This document shows, one piece after another, positions 26,215 through 35,186 of a DNA stretch of 40,237 nucleotides. Source of the stretch: Acinetobacter phage vB_AbaP_Alexa; the sequence record MT375042.1; one strand, written 5' to 3'. Made by a program: the position numbers and the translations under genes. Below the pieces are notes generated by a model. The model made no database searches. It was not told the DNA's origin and saw only the letters and a program-made list of their open reading frames with translations. How positions within the stretch are numbered: position 1 is the stretch's first letter; every line of letters begins with the position of its first letter.

Positions 26215-28497
26215 ATGGCATCAAATAAGCGTTTAAACGCTACGATTACGATTGGCGGTGCAGTGGCCGGAACGCTACGTACCGCTATCGGTTCTACTAC
26301 TTCCAGCCTTGGAAAAATTGGCGCTGAAATTCGACGCGTCAAAGCCGAACAAAAGATGCTTACGGATTCTATCCGCACGTTCGGCAGCATGGGCAAAAAC
26401 GTCGACAATTTACGCGCACGTTATGCCGCAACCGTTACCCAGATTGACCGCCTAACCGCAGCACAGAAACGCCTAGACCGCGTGGAAAAAGCACGCGTGG
26501 ACAATGCCAAGCGCTACCATGAGCTAACCGGCCAGATCGGCGCAACGATTGCTACGGCTGCAACAATGACCGCGCCGATTGTTATGTCTGCAAAATTCGA
26601 AACGGCAATGCTGGGCGTCGCGAAGCAGTTGGACGGCGCACGTGATAGCAGCGGCAAACTAACCCAGACCTATTTTGACATGGTCAAACAGGTTCAAATT
26701 CTGGGCCGTGAACTTCCAATCCCCACAAACGAAATTGCCGCAATGGTCGCGGCAGGCTTGCGCATGGGCGTAGCGAAAGACGAAGTTATCGAGTTTACGC
26801 GCGTGGCCGCGAAGATGGGTACAGCGTTTGAATTGCCGGTCGAAGAACTTTCCGACAGCATGGGCAAGATTGCCAACATGTTCAAAATCCCGATTAAGGA
26901 CATTGAGGACCTAGCCGATTCAATCAACTACTTAGACGACAACGCAATCGCGAAAGGCGGCGATATTATTGACTTTATGCAGCGTGTCGGCGGTACTGCG
27001 TCAATGGTGAAGATTTCAGCCAAGGAAACGGCGGCGCTGGGTTCGACGTTGCTAACGCTTGGTGAAAAGTCGGAAACCGCTTCGACGGCAGTTAATGCCG
27101 TATTCTCAAAACTTGGTGCGGCGAATACGGGTTCTAAGCCATTCCGGGAGATGGTGACAGAACTTGGATTAACAACAAACCAGATTGAAAAATGGATGCA
27201 GACTGACGCAATTGGCGGAATCTATAAGATTATGGACGCCGTTAGAAAATTGCCGAAAATTGCGAAAGAAGGTGGTACGTCACAGATTGATGCCGTTTCA
27301 ACTTTGTTCGGGATGGAACACTGGGATTCGTTCTCAAAACTTTTAGACAACCGTGCAGAGCTAGAAAAGCAAATCCGGCTATCAATGGGCAAGGATGCGA
27401 CCGGAAGTATGAGTCGCGAGTTCAAAGCGCGTATGGCAACGACCGAAGCGCAATGGGCTACGTTCAAAAACCGTGCGTCTGAATTGGCCGTCAATGTCGG
27501 TTCGGTGTTGTTGCCGGTTGTCAATGACATTATGAGCAAAATCGGCGCGGTTGTTTCCAAGGTCGCAGACTGGGCACAGGCAAACCCAGCACTTACAAAA
27601 ACGATTGTTGGCGCAGCCGTGGCGCTGGGCACGTTCAAAGTCGGATTGCTTGCCGTTCGCTTGGCTATGGTGGCGCTTAAATCGCCTATCTTGGCCGGCT
27701 TAGGCATGTTTGCACGCCTACGCGCTGGACTGACGATGGCACGCGGTGCATTTGGCGGCGTTGGCGCAGTCATCCGCCAGATTGGTTTTGCCTTGGTGCG
27801 CACACCTTGGGGCGCGGCTACGGTCGGACTGGTGGCCGCTGGTGTGGCAATTTACAAATACTGGGACCGCATTAAGGCGTTTTTCGGCGGGTTCTGGGAA
27901 GGCTTAAAGGCCGGCATGCAGCCGGTAATTACGTCATTCAGTGATTTGTTCAAATCAATGTCTTGGCTTTCGCCGGTTATTGAAGCGGTCGGCAAGGGCG
28001 TAGGCATGGTTTATGACTGGTTCGTGAAATTGCTATCGCCTACCAAGGCAACCGACGAACAGCTTAAAAATGCTACCGGTGCCGGCCAGACGTTTGGCCG
28101 CGTTGTCGGTGCCGCAATCAATATCGTTCTGACGCCGGTTAAATTGCTGGTGAATGCGTTGTCGTGGATTAGCAACAATATCGGCAGCATTATCGGCAAG
28201 GTTGGCAGTCTGGCCGATAGCGGCTTGCAAAAGGTTGGCAATGCAATCGACAAGGCTAAGTCGTTTGTCGGTTTAGGCGATGCACCAGCACAGACACCGC
28301 GTTCCGTTCCAGCAGTTCCGCCGATGCGTGGTGGCAATACTTCGACCTATGCGCCGCAAATCAGCAACTCATTTACAATTCATGCAGCACCGGGAATGAA
28401 TACTGACCAGCTTGCAAATGATATTATGAGTAAAATTAACAAACAGAATGGCGTTAAGCAGCGCAGTTCTATGCTTGATATGGGGTACGCACAATAA
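26215..28497 (+). CDS. Tail tape measure protein (P2 gpT-like)
   Basis: A 760-aa ORF with helical Ala-rich segments and hydrophobic segments, downstream of E/E'. Confidence 0.85.
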   Translation: MASNKRLNATITIGGAVAGTLRTAIGSTTSSLGKIGAEIRRVKAEQKMLTDSIRTFGSMGKNVDNLRARYAATVTQIDRLTAAQKRLDRVEKARVDNAKRYHELTGQIGATIATAATMTAPIVMSAKFETAMLGVAKQLDGARDSSGKLTQTYFDMVKQVQILGRELPIPTNEIAAMVAAGLRMGVAKDEVIEFTRVAAKMGTAFELPVEELSDSMGKIANMFKIPIKDIEDLADSINYLDDNAIAKGGDIIDFMQRVGGTASMVKISAKETAALGSTLLTLGEKSETASTAVNAVFSKLGAANTGSKPFREMVTELGLTTNQIEKWMQTDAIGGIYKIMDAVRKLPKIAKEGGTSQIDAVSTLFGMEHWDSFSKLLDNRAELEKQIRLSMGKDATGSMSREFKARMATTEAQWATFKNRASELAVNVGSVLLPVVNDIMSKIGAVVSKVADWAQANPALTKTIVGAAVALGTFKVGLLAVRLAMVALKSPILAGLGMFARLRAGLTMARGAFGGVGAVIRQIGFALVRTPWGAATVGLVAAGVAIYKYWDRIKAFFGGFWEGLKAGMQPVITSFSDLFKSMSWLSPVIEAVGKGVGMVYDWFVKLLSPTKATDEQLKNATGAGQTFGRVVGAAINIVLTPVKLLVNALSWISNNIGSIIGKVGSLADSGLQKVGNAIDKAKSFVGLGDAPAQTPRSVPAVPPMRGGNTSTYAPQISNSFTIHAAPGMNTDQLANDIMSKINKQNGVKQRSSMLDMGYAQ

Positions 28498-28958
28498 TGG
28501 ACGGACATTTTAACGGCGCTTGGATGACCATGATGCGGCTAGGGTCATTCAAGTTCGGGGTTTATACGGCGGCTTATCAGTCGCTTGAACGAAGCACCGA
28601 ATATAAATGGGGCGAACAGCCGCTTTATATGAACTATGACGAATTGCAGTACCTTGGACCGGGTGCCGATACCATAACGCTGCAAGGCTTTGTGTACCCG
28701 GAATATAAGGGCGGCACCGGCCAGATTGACCAATTGCGCGCGCTTGGTGCAACTGGGCAACCGCAATTGCTCATTTCTGGTTTTGGTAAAATCATGGGTC
28801 AATGGGCAATTTTGCGAGTCAATGAAGGGCAAACCATTTTCGCCGCTGGTGGCATTCCACGACGCCAAGAATTTACCGTCGAAATGCGACGCCATGACGG
28901 CACAGGCGGGGCGCTTGGATTGCTGCAAACCATTGGCAACGCGATAGGGGTTATCTAA
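28497..28958 (+). CDS. Tail protein U (P2 gpU-like)
   Basis: MMRLGSFKFGVYTAAYQSLERSTEYKW resembles the P2 U N-terminus. It follows T. Confidence 0.7.
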   Translation: MDGHFNGAWMTMMRLGSFKFGVYTAAYQSLERSTEYKWGEQPLYMNYDELQYLGPGADTITLQGFVYPEYKGGTGQIDQLRALGATGQPQLLISGFGKIMGQWAILRVNEGQTIFAAGGIPRRQEFTVEMRRHDGTGGALGLLQTIGNAIGVI

Positions 28959-29170
28959 TGCCGCAAGAGTACCGCACCAAAGACGGCGACACCGTCGATT
29001 TTATCGCATGGAAGCAATACGGCAGCACGGACAACCGTGTCGTCGAAAAAGTCCTAGCGGCCAATTTAGGGCTTGCAGACATAGGGCCAATTTTACCGGC
29101 TGGCTTGGTGATTACCTTGCCAGACGTTGAACCAGAACAAAAAACCGCCAAGGTGAAACTATGGGATTAA
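28958..29170 (+). CDS. Tail protein X (P2 gpX-like, LysM-like)
   Basis: A 70-aa ORF (YRTKDGDTVDFIAWKQYG) between U and D. Confidence 0.65.
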   Translation: MPQEYRTKDGDTVDFIAWKQYGSTDNRVVEKVLAANLGLADIGPILPAGLVITLPDVEPEQKTAKVKLWD

Positions 29171-30156
29171 GACCGGGGTTTATGGTCATTGCGAATGACG
29201 CAAACATTACCGCAGCCATTGCCGAACGATTTTCCAGCATAACGATAACTGACGCGGTCGGTTTTGAATCTGACATGCTGGAAATTGTAATCACTGACGA
29301 CCCGCAAAACCCGGTTGCCTTGCCTTCGACTGGTGCGGAATTGACCGTCTCACTTGGTTACGACGGCGCACTTACGAACATGGGTGTTTTTGTCGTCGAC
29401 GAAATCGAATTGAACGGCTGGCCGGCTAACATGGTCATTCGTGGCCGTGCGTCTGTCCAGACTGAAAGCAAGCAAGGCAAAACGTCGTTGCTGACACAGA
29501 AGTCGCGAAGCTGGAAGGAAGGCACGACAATCGGTGACGTCGTCAAAAAGATCGCCAGCGAACACAGCATGCAGCCGCAAGTTAGCGATTCACTGACAAG
29601 CCTTAAAATACCGCACATGGACCAGACAGACGAAAGCGACTTATCGTTCTTGGTGCGCCTATCACGTCGTTATGATGCGGTGTGCAAGCCAGCCGGCGGC
29701 AAACTGCTATTCGTGAAGCGTGGCGAGTCTGATTTACAGCCTATCACTATCATGGCGACCGAAAACAGCACGTACACCATGACGCTGTCACGCCGTGAAA
29801 GTCCGGGCACGGTAATTGCATACTGGCACAGCAAGAAACAGGCGAAAAAGAACGAAGTCAAAGTCGGTGACGGTGAACCGGTGCGACGCCTTCGCCATGC
29901 CTATGCAGACGAAGCCACGGCCAAAGCTGCGGCACAGGCAGAGCTAGACGCGCGGAAACGTGGCGAACAAAAGCTAAGCCTATCGCTACCGGGCGACCCA
30001 TCATACAGTGCCGAAGCGCCATTGATTACAATGGGGTTTAGGCCAGACGTCGACGGGGATTGGCTTGCGTGCAGCGTTACGCACACGTTGGATAAGAACA
30101 CCGGGTATTCGTCCCAGATCGAAGCAGAAAAGCCGAACCAGTCCGAAGAAGATTAA
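29161..30156 (+). CDS. Tail protein D (phage late control D family)
   Basis: A 331-aa ORF in the last position of the P2-like tail operon. Confidence 0.75.
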   Translation: MGLRPGFMVIANDANITAAIAERFSSITITDAVGFESDMLEIVITDDPQNPVALPSTGAELTVSLGYDGALTNMGVFVVDEIELNGWPANMVIRGRASVQTESKQGKTSLLTQKSRSWKEGTTIGDVVKKIASEHSMQPQVSDSLTSLKIPHMDQTDESDLSFLVRLSRRYDAVCKPAGGKLLFVKRGESDLQPITIMATENSTYTMTLSRRESPGTVIAYWHSKKQAKKNEVKVGDGEPVRRLRHAYADEATAKAAAQAELDARKRGEQKLSLSLPGDPSYSAEAPLITMGFRPDVDGDWLACSVTHTLDKNTGYSSQIEAEKPNQSEED

Positions 30157-30207
30157 AAATAGTTTAAAATAATTATTGACGATTAAAAGTAATTATATTA
30201 CTATTCA

Positions 30208-30239
30208 ATCACGGCCACAGATTAAGCCGTGATTTTTTT
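30208..30239 (+). terminator. Intrinsic terminator (ATCACGGC-loop-GCCGTGAT followed by T7)
   Basis: An 8-bp perfect stem, a 10-nt loop and TTTTTTT, directly after gene D. Confidence 0.65.
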
Positions 30240-30260
30240 AATATTTGATAGGGTTATTAC

Positions 30261-30543
30261 CATGAACGAACGTAACGAATTGCCAGAAATATTTCAATTA
30301 ACCGCTGAACAACAAGCCGAACTTGAGAAGTTAGCCGACGCACTTCATGCAAAATGTGTCGAGTTTGAAGCGCCGGTAATGATTACCATTTGTATCGGTA
30401 ATGATGGTGACGGTTGGAGTGCTGGCGAAGCAAATTATTTTAACGGTTATCGTACACCGGAAGCTATGGCTTTAGCAAGAACAATTATCGACAAGAATAT
30501 TACAAGCCAGATGCAATTATTAACAATGGGCTTTGGTCGATAA
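30261..30543 (+). CDS. Accessory-island hypothetical protein 1
   Basis: ATG at 30261 within ORF 30229-30543. AGGG lies 8 nt upstream. No motif was recognised. Confidence 0.4.
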
Positions 30544-30604
30544 AACATCATTCAACATGCCGCCTTGTGCGGCATTTCTTAAAAGTATTTGGAGTAATTT
30601 TATA

Positions 30605-31288
30605 ATGTCATATTTAACAAAAGCAGTTCGCGAAAACATGCGCAAAACAGTACTTGATCACGCTTTCAAAGAACGTGAAGATGCAGCAAAGGCGGAATTA
30701 GTTGCGGCTGGTGATGCTCTATACATGGCGCACCATGGGCCACACTTAAAAGCTATGCAAAGTCTGCCTAAAACGTTTTTATATGAATCCAGTTACATGG
30801 ATACGAACCTTGGTGGGCAGCGTCATAATGTTAAATTGAGTGACCGTAAACTTATGTCATACGAGAGCAATGTTTCTAGAATTGTCTTTGAAGCTAACGA
30901 CCCTGCTGTAATTAATTATCTTCAAGCAAATAAAAAATTAGATGATATTAAAGAACAGCGCAGCACCATGTATAACAAAGTAACCGCTATCTTGGAAAGC
31001 GTCCGTACCTTCAAAAAATTATGGGAAGTTTGGCCGGAAGCTAAGCCACTTCTGGAAAAGTACGAAGAAAAACCGCCAGTGGCTTATTTACCAGCGATTC
31101 AATTTGACAAGGTCAATGCAGCGTTGAACCTTCCACCAGACACAAACGAACTTCCTTGGACGCACCGCATGAATGGCGAAGGCGCATACGAAATCGGCTA
31201 CTTCGGGCCAAACGGGTTCGTGAAAACTGACGAAGCCGCAACGTTAGACCAAGCTAAGTCAATCGTGGACGGCCATAACAATGCATGA
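30605..31288 (+). CDS. Accessory-island hypothetical protein 2
   Basis: ATG at 30605 with GGAG upstream (227 aa). No motif was recognised. Confidence 0.45.
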   Translation: MSYLTKAVRENMRKTVLDHAFKEREDAAKAELVAAGDALYMAHHGPHLKAMQSLPKTFLYESSYMDTNLGGQRHNVKLSDRKLMSYESNVSRIVFEANDPAVINYLQANKKLDDIKEQRSTMYNKVTAILESVRTFKKLWEVWPEAKPLLEKYEEKPPVAYLPAIQFDKVNAALNLPPDTNELPWTHRMNGEGAYEIGYFGPNGFVKTDEAATLDQAKSIVDGHNNA

Positions 31289-31295
31289 CCTAGTT

Positions 31296-31394
31296 ATGTT
31301 TGTCTTGGCGCTAGGCATTTCATTTTGCCTATGCGTATTGGCAGCGGTTTATTATGTCTTGGTTGAAAAAGTGGTGAGTTTATGGAAGTTTTAA
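31296..31394 (+). CDS. Candidate 32-aa hydrophobic single-TM peptide (MFVLALGISFCLCVLAAVYYVLVEKVVSLWKF)
   Basis: A complete ATG...TAA ORF filling the gap between neighbours. It overlaps the next gene start by 13 nt in another frame. Confidence 0.25.
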   Translation: MFVLALGISFCLCVLAAVYYVLVEKVVSLWKF

Positions 31395-31981
31395 AAGAGT
31401 ATTTAGACACGGATTATGTTTTGCGGAAGGTAAAACAAACAAGCGGTAATAATCGTGTTCCTAATGGATGGATAGAAGTACCAGAGGGCGCGGAATGCTT
31501 ATTGTTTCTTAAAAATGTGCAAGAATATCGCTTTACAAAGTTGGTTAGTTTGAATGTTTATTCGTTCAATCCAGAAAGAGAAAAACGCTGGTATGTTTCA
31601 CCAGTATATGACGTTGTAACAGGTACAAGCAATACCCGCGTTTTATGGCAACGCCCTACCCTACCGGAAGCGCTACCGTTCATTGATGACGAACCGCCGG
31701 CATACTACGGCAACGCAATCCGACCTAAGCCGCGTAAGCGCATGTATGCAGGGATTGGCCGTAAAGTTATCAATGTGACAATTCAAATTCCGGCACCAGT
31801 CGAACATATCACTTTTACGGGCACAGTTTTTGAACCCGTTGACGATGATTGCGTCCGGGTCCCGAAGGCTTCGGCAGACTATCTATTCAACACGGTTCGG
31901 CAAATGCTGGCGGATGACTTCTTATCCAAGGACCAAAAAGAGTCGGTATTACATCACTTAAATTATTTGAAGGTGCATTGA
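31382..31981 (+). CDS. Accessory-island hypothetical protein 3
   Basis: A 199-aa ORF with an ATG start. No motif was recognised. Confidence 0.45.
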   Translation: MEVLKEYLDTDYVLRKVKQTSGNNRVPNGWIEVPEGAECLLFLKNVQEYRFTKLVSLNVYSFNPEREKRWYVSPVYDVVTGTSNTRVLWQRPTLPEALPFIDDEPPAYYGNAIRPKPRKRMYAGIGRKVINVTIQIPAPVEHITFTGTVFEPVDDDCVRVPKASADYLFNTVRQMLADDFLSKDQKESVLHHLNYLKVH

Positions 31982-31982
31982 T

Positions 31983-32177
31983 ATGGCCGTCACCACGATT
32001 GAAACAACATACGCCACCAAAGGCGAATTTATGAAGCGTGTCGAACGCAAAAACACCAAGTCGGATATGTCGCGCATTCTGGCCGACTTTCATTGGGTAT
32101 TGACCGATGAAACGTTATCCGACGCGGAAAAAATCAAGGCGCTGAAAGATGCGCACCACCGGATATGTTGGGGCTAA
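31983..32177 (+). CDS. Accessory-island hypothetical protein 4
   Basis: A 64-aa ORF starting 2 nt after the previous stop. Confidence 0.35.
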   Translation: MAVTTIETTYATKGEFMKRVERKNTKSDMSRILADFHWVLTDETLSDAEKIKALKDAHHRICWG

Positions 32178-32551
32178 TTATGTTACGTGATAAATTTGCA
32201 ATGGCTGCGATGCAAGCCATATTAAGCGATGCTGTAACTTGGAAACATTTTATTCAAACGGCGCAAAAAACGAACATGCAACTTAATGACGTCGTGGCAG
32301 CAACGGCATACGAATTTGCCGACGCCATGATGCGCGAACGCGAAAAGTGGGATTTCAGCAACGACCCAGACAACCCGGAAGGTCATACCAATGGGTTCGA
32401 CCCGGAGGAACGGGAAGCGGCGCAAGGGAAGGCAGTTCCGCCGGAAGTTCCACGACCGCCGATACACTACCCAGACGGCGCAAGAGGTGGTTATCAACCA
32501 CAGAAAAGCGGCAAGGACGATGATATAAAATCTCCACCGCGCAAACCTTAA
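32165..32551 (+). CDS. Accessory-island hypothetical protein 5 (Pro/Gly-rich C-terminus)
   Basis: A 128-aa ORF. An alternative ATG at 32180 avoids the overlap and has GGGG 7 nt upstream. Confidence 0.4.
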   Translation: MLGLIMLRDKFAMAAMQAILSDAVTWKHFIQTAQKTNMQLNDVVAATAYEFADAMMREREKWDFSNDPDNPEGHTNGFDPEEREAAQGKAVPPEVPRPPIHYPDGARGGYQPQKSGKDDDIKSPPRKP

Positions 32552-32581
32552 TTGAAATGATATTAAGTGAGTGATTTAATT

Positions 32582-32806
32582 ATGAAGATTTACAGTTTTA
32601 AAGCGAATGGCGGCGGGTGCCGTGTTAGTGGCCGCATCAAAGCCGAGAACATGCAAGACGCAACGCAACAGGCGTTAAAAGCGGTAGAGGGTTACGGGCC
32701 AATGAACGTAAACCTAACTGAGCTACGCAACCAAACTAAAGCCATGAAAGAATGGGAAAACAGAGGAAAGCAGCCAAGCGGCATACCTTACGATGAAACC
32801 ATGTAA
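32582..32806 (+). CDS. Accessory-island small protein with a possible UPF0150/HicB-like fold
   Basis: MKIYSFKANGGGCRVSGRIKAENMQDATQQALKAVEGY loosely resembles the HicB/UPF0150 N-terminal pattern. The fold assignment is tentative. Confidence 0.3.
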   Translation: MKIYSFKANGGGCRVSGRIKAENMQDATQQALKAVEGYGPMNVNLTELRNQTKAMKEWENRGKQPSGIPYDETM

Positions 32807-32808
32807 CC

Positions 32809-32832
32809 GAACCCGCCTAGTGCGGGTTTTTT
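32809..32832 (+). terminator. Intrinsic terminator (GAACCCGC-loop-GCGGGTT followed by T6)
   Basis: A GC stem, a 5-nt loop and TTTTTT, right after the last island ORF. Confidence 0.65.
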
Positions 32833-32943
32833 AATGCCTTCGATTCGTTGGAATGGTGCTTACTTTTTTCGCTTAGGACACCCGTTGGTACACCCTATAA
32901 CCAACGCTGTAATTTTAAAGCCTAGCTAAGTGCTTGATTTTAT

Positions 32944-32995
32944 TGGTACAGCCGAAGGGATTCGAACCCCTGACCCCCAGATCCACAATCGGGTA
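32944..32995 (-). other. 3' half of a tRNA gene (T-arm, acceptor 3' strand and CCA) with no 5' half: attP-like core
   Basis: The minus strand reads ...GGGGTCAGGGGTTCGAATCCCTTCGGCTGTACCA, with a TTCGAAT T-loop, a 7-nt acceptor strand and CCA. No complementary 5' acceptor strand (ACAGCCG) was seen in the ~65 bp of minus-strand upstream sequence checked (plus 33000-33060). Confidence 0.6.
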
Positions 32996-33127
32996 ACAAG
33001 CAATAACTTGCAATCATATATCATCATCGTTTATCATCTTAAATCATTGCAGTTATTGAGCAATTCATAACGTGCCGTCATTGCCTATAATGGCTTGAAA
33101 CGGCATTAAATCAACGTTAGAACACCC

Positions 33128-33601
33128 GTGAAGGACACCCATATGAGCATAAAACCACGACTTCCACAAAACGCTATCTACGCAATTGTCGCTTACGCAA
33201 AAGGTTATCACGTTGTATCAAAAGCCAAGGCTAACGGAAGTTGGTTTGATATTGTGGAGTTTGCCGACTTTGATTTTGTTGATGGGCACGAGTTCAAGAT
33301 ACTTGAGCCAGTGCAAAATGAAGCAAGTAAGACTGAACCAGAAACATCAAATATAGCTGAAATAGCCATATTAAATAAATTGGACTGGTCGATACAAAAT
33401 AACCTTTGGCGCTGGGTTAAAGCTAGTGAATTAATGGATGAGCTTGGTCTTTGCAGTAAAAACAGGGGTGATCAGGTGGTCAAGTTTGGGAAGATTGTCG
33501 GTTCACACCACAGAATAAAAAGACGACGATACCAAGGGTTCAATCAAATACTAGTGCCTCCACTAAAAAAACACGAACCAGAAAGCACGGACTTATTTTA
33601 A
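33128..33601 (+). CDS. Hypothetical protein whose C-terminus is paralogous to the primase C-terminus
   Basis: LDWSIQNNLWRWVKASELMDELGL...VVKFGK...ILVPPLKK matches the primase tail DWSAPFTEWRWIQATELLIEIGI...VVRKHN...LLVPPKL. Its stop abuts the int start. Confidence 0.45.
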   Translation: MKDTHMSIKPRLPQNAIYAIVAYAKGYHVVSKAKANGSWFDIVEFADFDFVDGHEFKILEPVQNEASKTEPETSNIAEIAILNKLDWSIQNNLWRWVKASELMDELGLCSKNRGDQVVKFGKIVGSHHRIKRRRYQGFNQILVPPLKKHEPESTDLF

Positions 33602-34795
33602 ATGCTGACAGACGCACAAATCCGCACGGCTATAAAATCGGTCGTCAATGAAACAGTCTTGAACGATGGCGGCAACGGTCGCGGCACCGGGGCGCTTAAA
33701 TTGGTCATCCGTCGCCTATCCGATGGCGGAACGTCTGCCGTATGGTTCGCCCATTGGAAAAAGAATGGACAGCGCACCAAGAAAGCGATTGGCCGCTATC
33801 CGGACTTGAACGCGAAACAGGCACGCGCCGAATTTAATGCGAACCATAGCGGCCAGTCTGTAATTACGTTTAAACGTAATGAACGACCGACAATCGAAAA
33901 AATGTTCAATGGTTACATTGAATCAATGAGAGCCAAGAACCGCGCGTCCGCCGATGAAGTCGAACGCGTGCTTAAAAAGGCGGCAAAGGAGTTCGGCATA
34001 AATCGCCTACCTTCCGATATTTCACACGCTGACATTGTAAATTTCATAGGCGGCTATTACGACCGTGGTTATCGTGGCGCAGCCGACAAAGCACGCGCCT
34101 ATCTGTCCGCCGCGTTCGGCTGGGCCGTGAAGGCTGCGAACGACTACACACAAAAGACCCGTTACGACTGGGGCATCAAACATAACCCGGTGACGGACAT
34201 ACCGAAAGACACCGAAGCCAGCACGCTGCGCAACCAGACACTAACCCCGGACGAAATCCGCGACGTCTGGAAGTCTGAAAAATGGACCATAGAAGTTCAT
34301 GCATGCGTGCAATTGATTTTAGCGACCGGCCAGCGTGTCGAAGAATGTTTGCGGCTGCATGGTGACGAGTTGGACCTAGACGCCGCGTTATGGCACATGC
34401 CAGCGCATAAAACGAAAGGCCGAAGCCGTCCGCATACAATCCCCCTACCCGCTGTCATTATCCCTATTCTGCGCGAATTGGTGGCGCTACACGGCTATGG
34501 TCCATTATTCCCCGGTCGGACTGGTTCCAAGCAAAAGTATATCGGTCATCGTGCCGTCAATCGTGCGCTGAAAAAGAATGTACCCGAAGGCATCCAAGCA
34601 CGTGACTTGCGCCGTACATGGAAAAGCCGCGCTGGTGAAATTGGTATTCCCAAGGAAGTGCGCGACCTTATCCAGCAACACACGAACGGCGATACCGGGT
34701 CGAAGCATTACGACCGTGGCGACTATGTGCCAATGATGCGCGAAGCAATGAATAAATATGGTGATTGGTTATTGACGGTTATAAATAAAAAGTAA
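33602..34795 (+). CDS. int: Tyrosine integrase (P4-type, with an N-terminal DUF4102-like arm-binding domain)
   Basis: The N-terminus has GALKLVIRRLSDGGTSAVWFAHWK. The catalytic region has LATGQRVEE (Arg), HTIPLP, HRAVNR, RDLRRTWKS and HTNGDTGSKHYDRGDY (His...Tyr). Confidence 0.9.
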   Translation: MLTDAQIRTAIKSVVNETVLNDGGNGRGTGALKLVIRRLSDGGTSAVWFAHWKKNGQRTKKAIGRYPDLNAKQARAEFNANHSGQSVITFKRNERPTIEKMFNGYIESMRAKNRASADEVERVLKKAAKEFGINRLPSDISHADIVNFIGGYYDRGYRGAADKARAYLSAAFGWAVKAANDYTQKTRYDWGIKHNPVTDIPKDTEASTLRNQTLTPDEIRDVWKSEKWTIEVHACVQLILATGQRVEECLRLHGDELDLDAALWHMPAHKTKGRSRPHTIPLPAVIIPILRELVALHGYGPLFPGRTGSKQKYIGHRAVNRALKKNVPEGIQARDLRRTWKSRAGEIGIPKEVRDLIQQHTNGDTGSKHYDRGDYVPMMREAMNKYGDWLLTVINKK

Positions 34796-34799
34796 TATT

Positions 34800-35186
34800 A
34801 TTTCTTTATTGATCGAATCTGTGGGCGACACAGTATATTAACGGAGCTTATAGGTAGTTCATTTAGTTGGCTCTATACCATGCAACTATTCGCACGTTGC
34901 CGATCAACAGTGTAAACAAATGACAGCCGGGAAAGACCGGCAATTTTACCCATCTGACGAGCTTGTGAAATTCAAGCGAAACCGCAAGGTCATGGGACAG
35001 AGCGCCTAGTTACGAGGACTGCCAGCCGAAAGCGCTCGAAGGTTGGACGGCATAGCACGATATTGGTCGATTGTCCTTCAACGGGAATGAACCATAAAAG
35101 CCGCTATGGGCACAAGGGAAGTTGATGACAGCTTGGAAAGACAGCAATAAGCTTTGGATTGGGCATTCCCGGTCGGCTTAAAAGAG
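34800..35186 (+). ncRNA. Candidate structured non-coding RNA region (no ORF of 60 aa or more; several GC stems)
   Basis: Nested or adjacent stems: GCCGG-GAAAGA-CCGGC, CCCAT...ATGGG, GAGCGC...GCGCTC and GGAC...GTCC. The region ends at a strong terminator. Strand and existence are unverified. Confidence 0.25.

Noticed and set aside
32944-33060. A complete tRNA gene on the minus strand
   Set aside because: Only the T-arm, acceptor 3' strand and CCA are present. The upstream sequence (ATGATGATATATGATTGCAAG...) cannot form the acceptor or D stems, so this is a 3' fragment, or att core.
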